In this document: piece by piece, positions 63,378 to 64,000 of the stretch
How the letters are laid out: every line of letters begins with the position of its first letter
Numbering within the stretch: the stretch's first letter is position 1
Virus record (IMG/VR): IMGVR_UViG_3300023174_000082
Location: 1-64,000 of that record
Source of the DNA: a virus
Strand: one strand, 5' to 3'
DNA: 64,000 nt
Made by a program: the position numbers and the translations under genes
The notes under the pieces: model-generated
What the model was told of the DNA's origin: nothing
Database searches by the model: none
What the model saw: only the letters and a program-made list of their open reading frames with translations

Positions 63378-64000
63378 ATGTCACAAGAACTATTAGAAAG
63401 TCGTTGGGATGAGACCAAAGAGGCCCTGTTAGAAGGCCTCCAAGGCACCAAACGCAATAGCATGAAAGTTATTCTTGAGAATACTCGTCGCTATTTGAAA
63501 GAGAATGCTTCTTCTGGAAGTACTGTTTCTGGCAACATTGCCACACTTAACCGTGTGATTCTGCCAGTTATCCGTCGTGTGATGCCAACTGTTATTGCTA
63601 ACGAGTTGGTTGGTGTTCAGCCAATGACTGGCCCTGTTGGTCAAATCCACACCTTGCGTGTGCGATATGCTCAGAGCTTGACTGACAATTCTGCTGCTGC
63701 AACTTCTGTTACAGCCGGCCAAGAAGCATTGAGCCCATTCACAATTGCTACAGCTTACTCTACTGTTCCACAAGGAACATCAACAGCTACAGCCTACACC
63801 GGCGGCTCAACAGCCAGCATGGAAGGTACTGGCGGTAAGCAAATCAGCGTTCAAATCTTGAAACAAGCTGTTGAAGCCAAGACCCGCAAGCTGCAAGCTC
63901 GTTGGACATTTGAATCTGCACAAGACGCACAAGCCATGCATGGTATTGACGTTGAAGCAGAAATCATGGCTGCTCTAGCTCAAGAGATTACCGCTGAAAT
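63378..64000 (+). CDS. gp23: Major capsid protein, T4 gp23-like (partial; absent from the ORF track)
   Basis: SD AGGAG and ATG 63378: MSQELLESRW..ILEN..LPVIRRVMP..VGVQPMTGPVGQI..VEAKTRKLQARWTFESAQD. Confidence 0.95.
   Translation, partial: MSQELLESRWDETKEALLEGLQGTKRNSMKVILENTRRYLKENASSGSTVSGNIATLNRVILPVIRRVMPTVIANELVGVQPMTGPVGQIHTLRVRYAQSLTDNSAAATSVTAGQEALSPFTIATAYSTVPQGTSTATAYTGGSTASMEGTGGKQISVQILKQAVEAKTRKLQARWTFESAQDAQAMHGIDVEAEIMAALAQEITAE

Noticed and set aside
1-64000. Stop-codon reassignment, inteins or transposases
   Set aside because: Core genes are full length in the standard code with near-complete coding density, and no intein or transposase motifs were seen.

Overview
This window is a gene-dense segment of a large T4-like myovirus (jumbo-phage type) in the standard genetic code. 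Bases 1-13.8 kb hold an accessory modification cluster: five radical SAM enzymes with N-terminal twitch-like domains, plus glycosyltransferase-like, sulfotransferase-like and SGNH proteins. Bases 13.8-43.8 kb are a minus-strand tail and baseplate block that includes a 4900-aa protein and gp6-, gp25-, gp5- and gp53-like genes. Bases 43.9-50.8 kb carry the late sigma factor gp55, gp47/gp46, two more radical SAM genes and a short GIY-YIG nuclease. Bases 51.2-55.2 kb are a minus-strand operon (gp26-like, DUF1415-like, ATE/GNAT-like, MTA/SAH nucleosidase). From 55.2 kb onward come the tape measure, portal, prohead core, protease, scaffold and the start of the major capsid gene. Three signals stand out. 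(1) A ~470-nt non-coding, densely base-paired and possibly pseudoknotted element lies directly after the GIY-YIG gene; it is a candidate large ncRNA partnered with a nuclease. (2) A canonical -1 frameshift signal joins the gp26-like ORF to an unannotated gp51-like ORF. (3) A seven-member radical SAM system is accompanied by its own nucleosidase. All family assignments come from motifs recognised by eye; no searches or folding programs were run.
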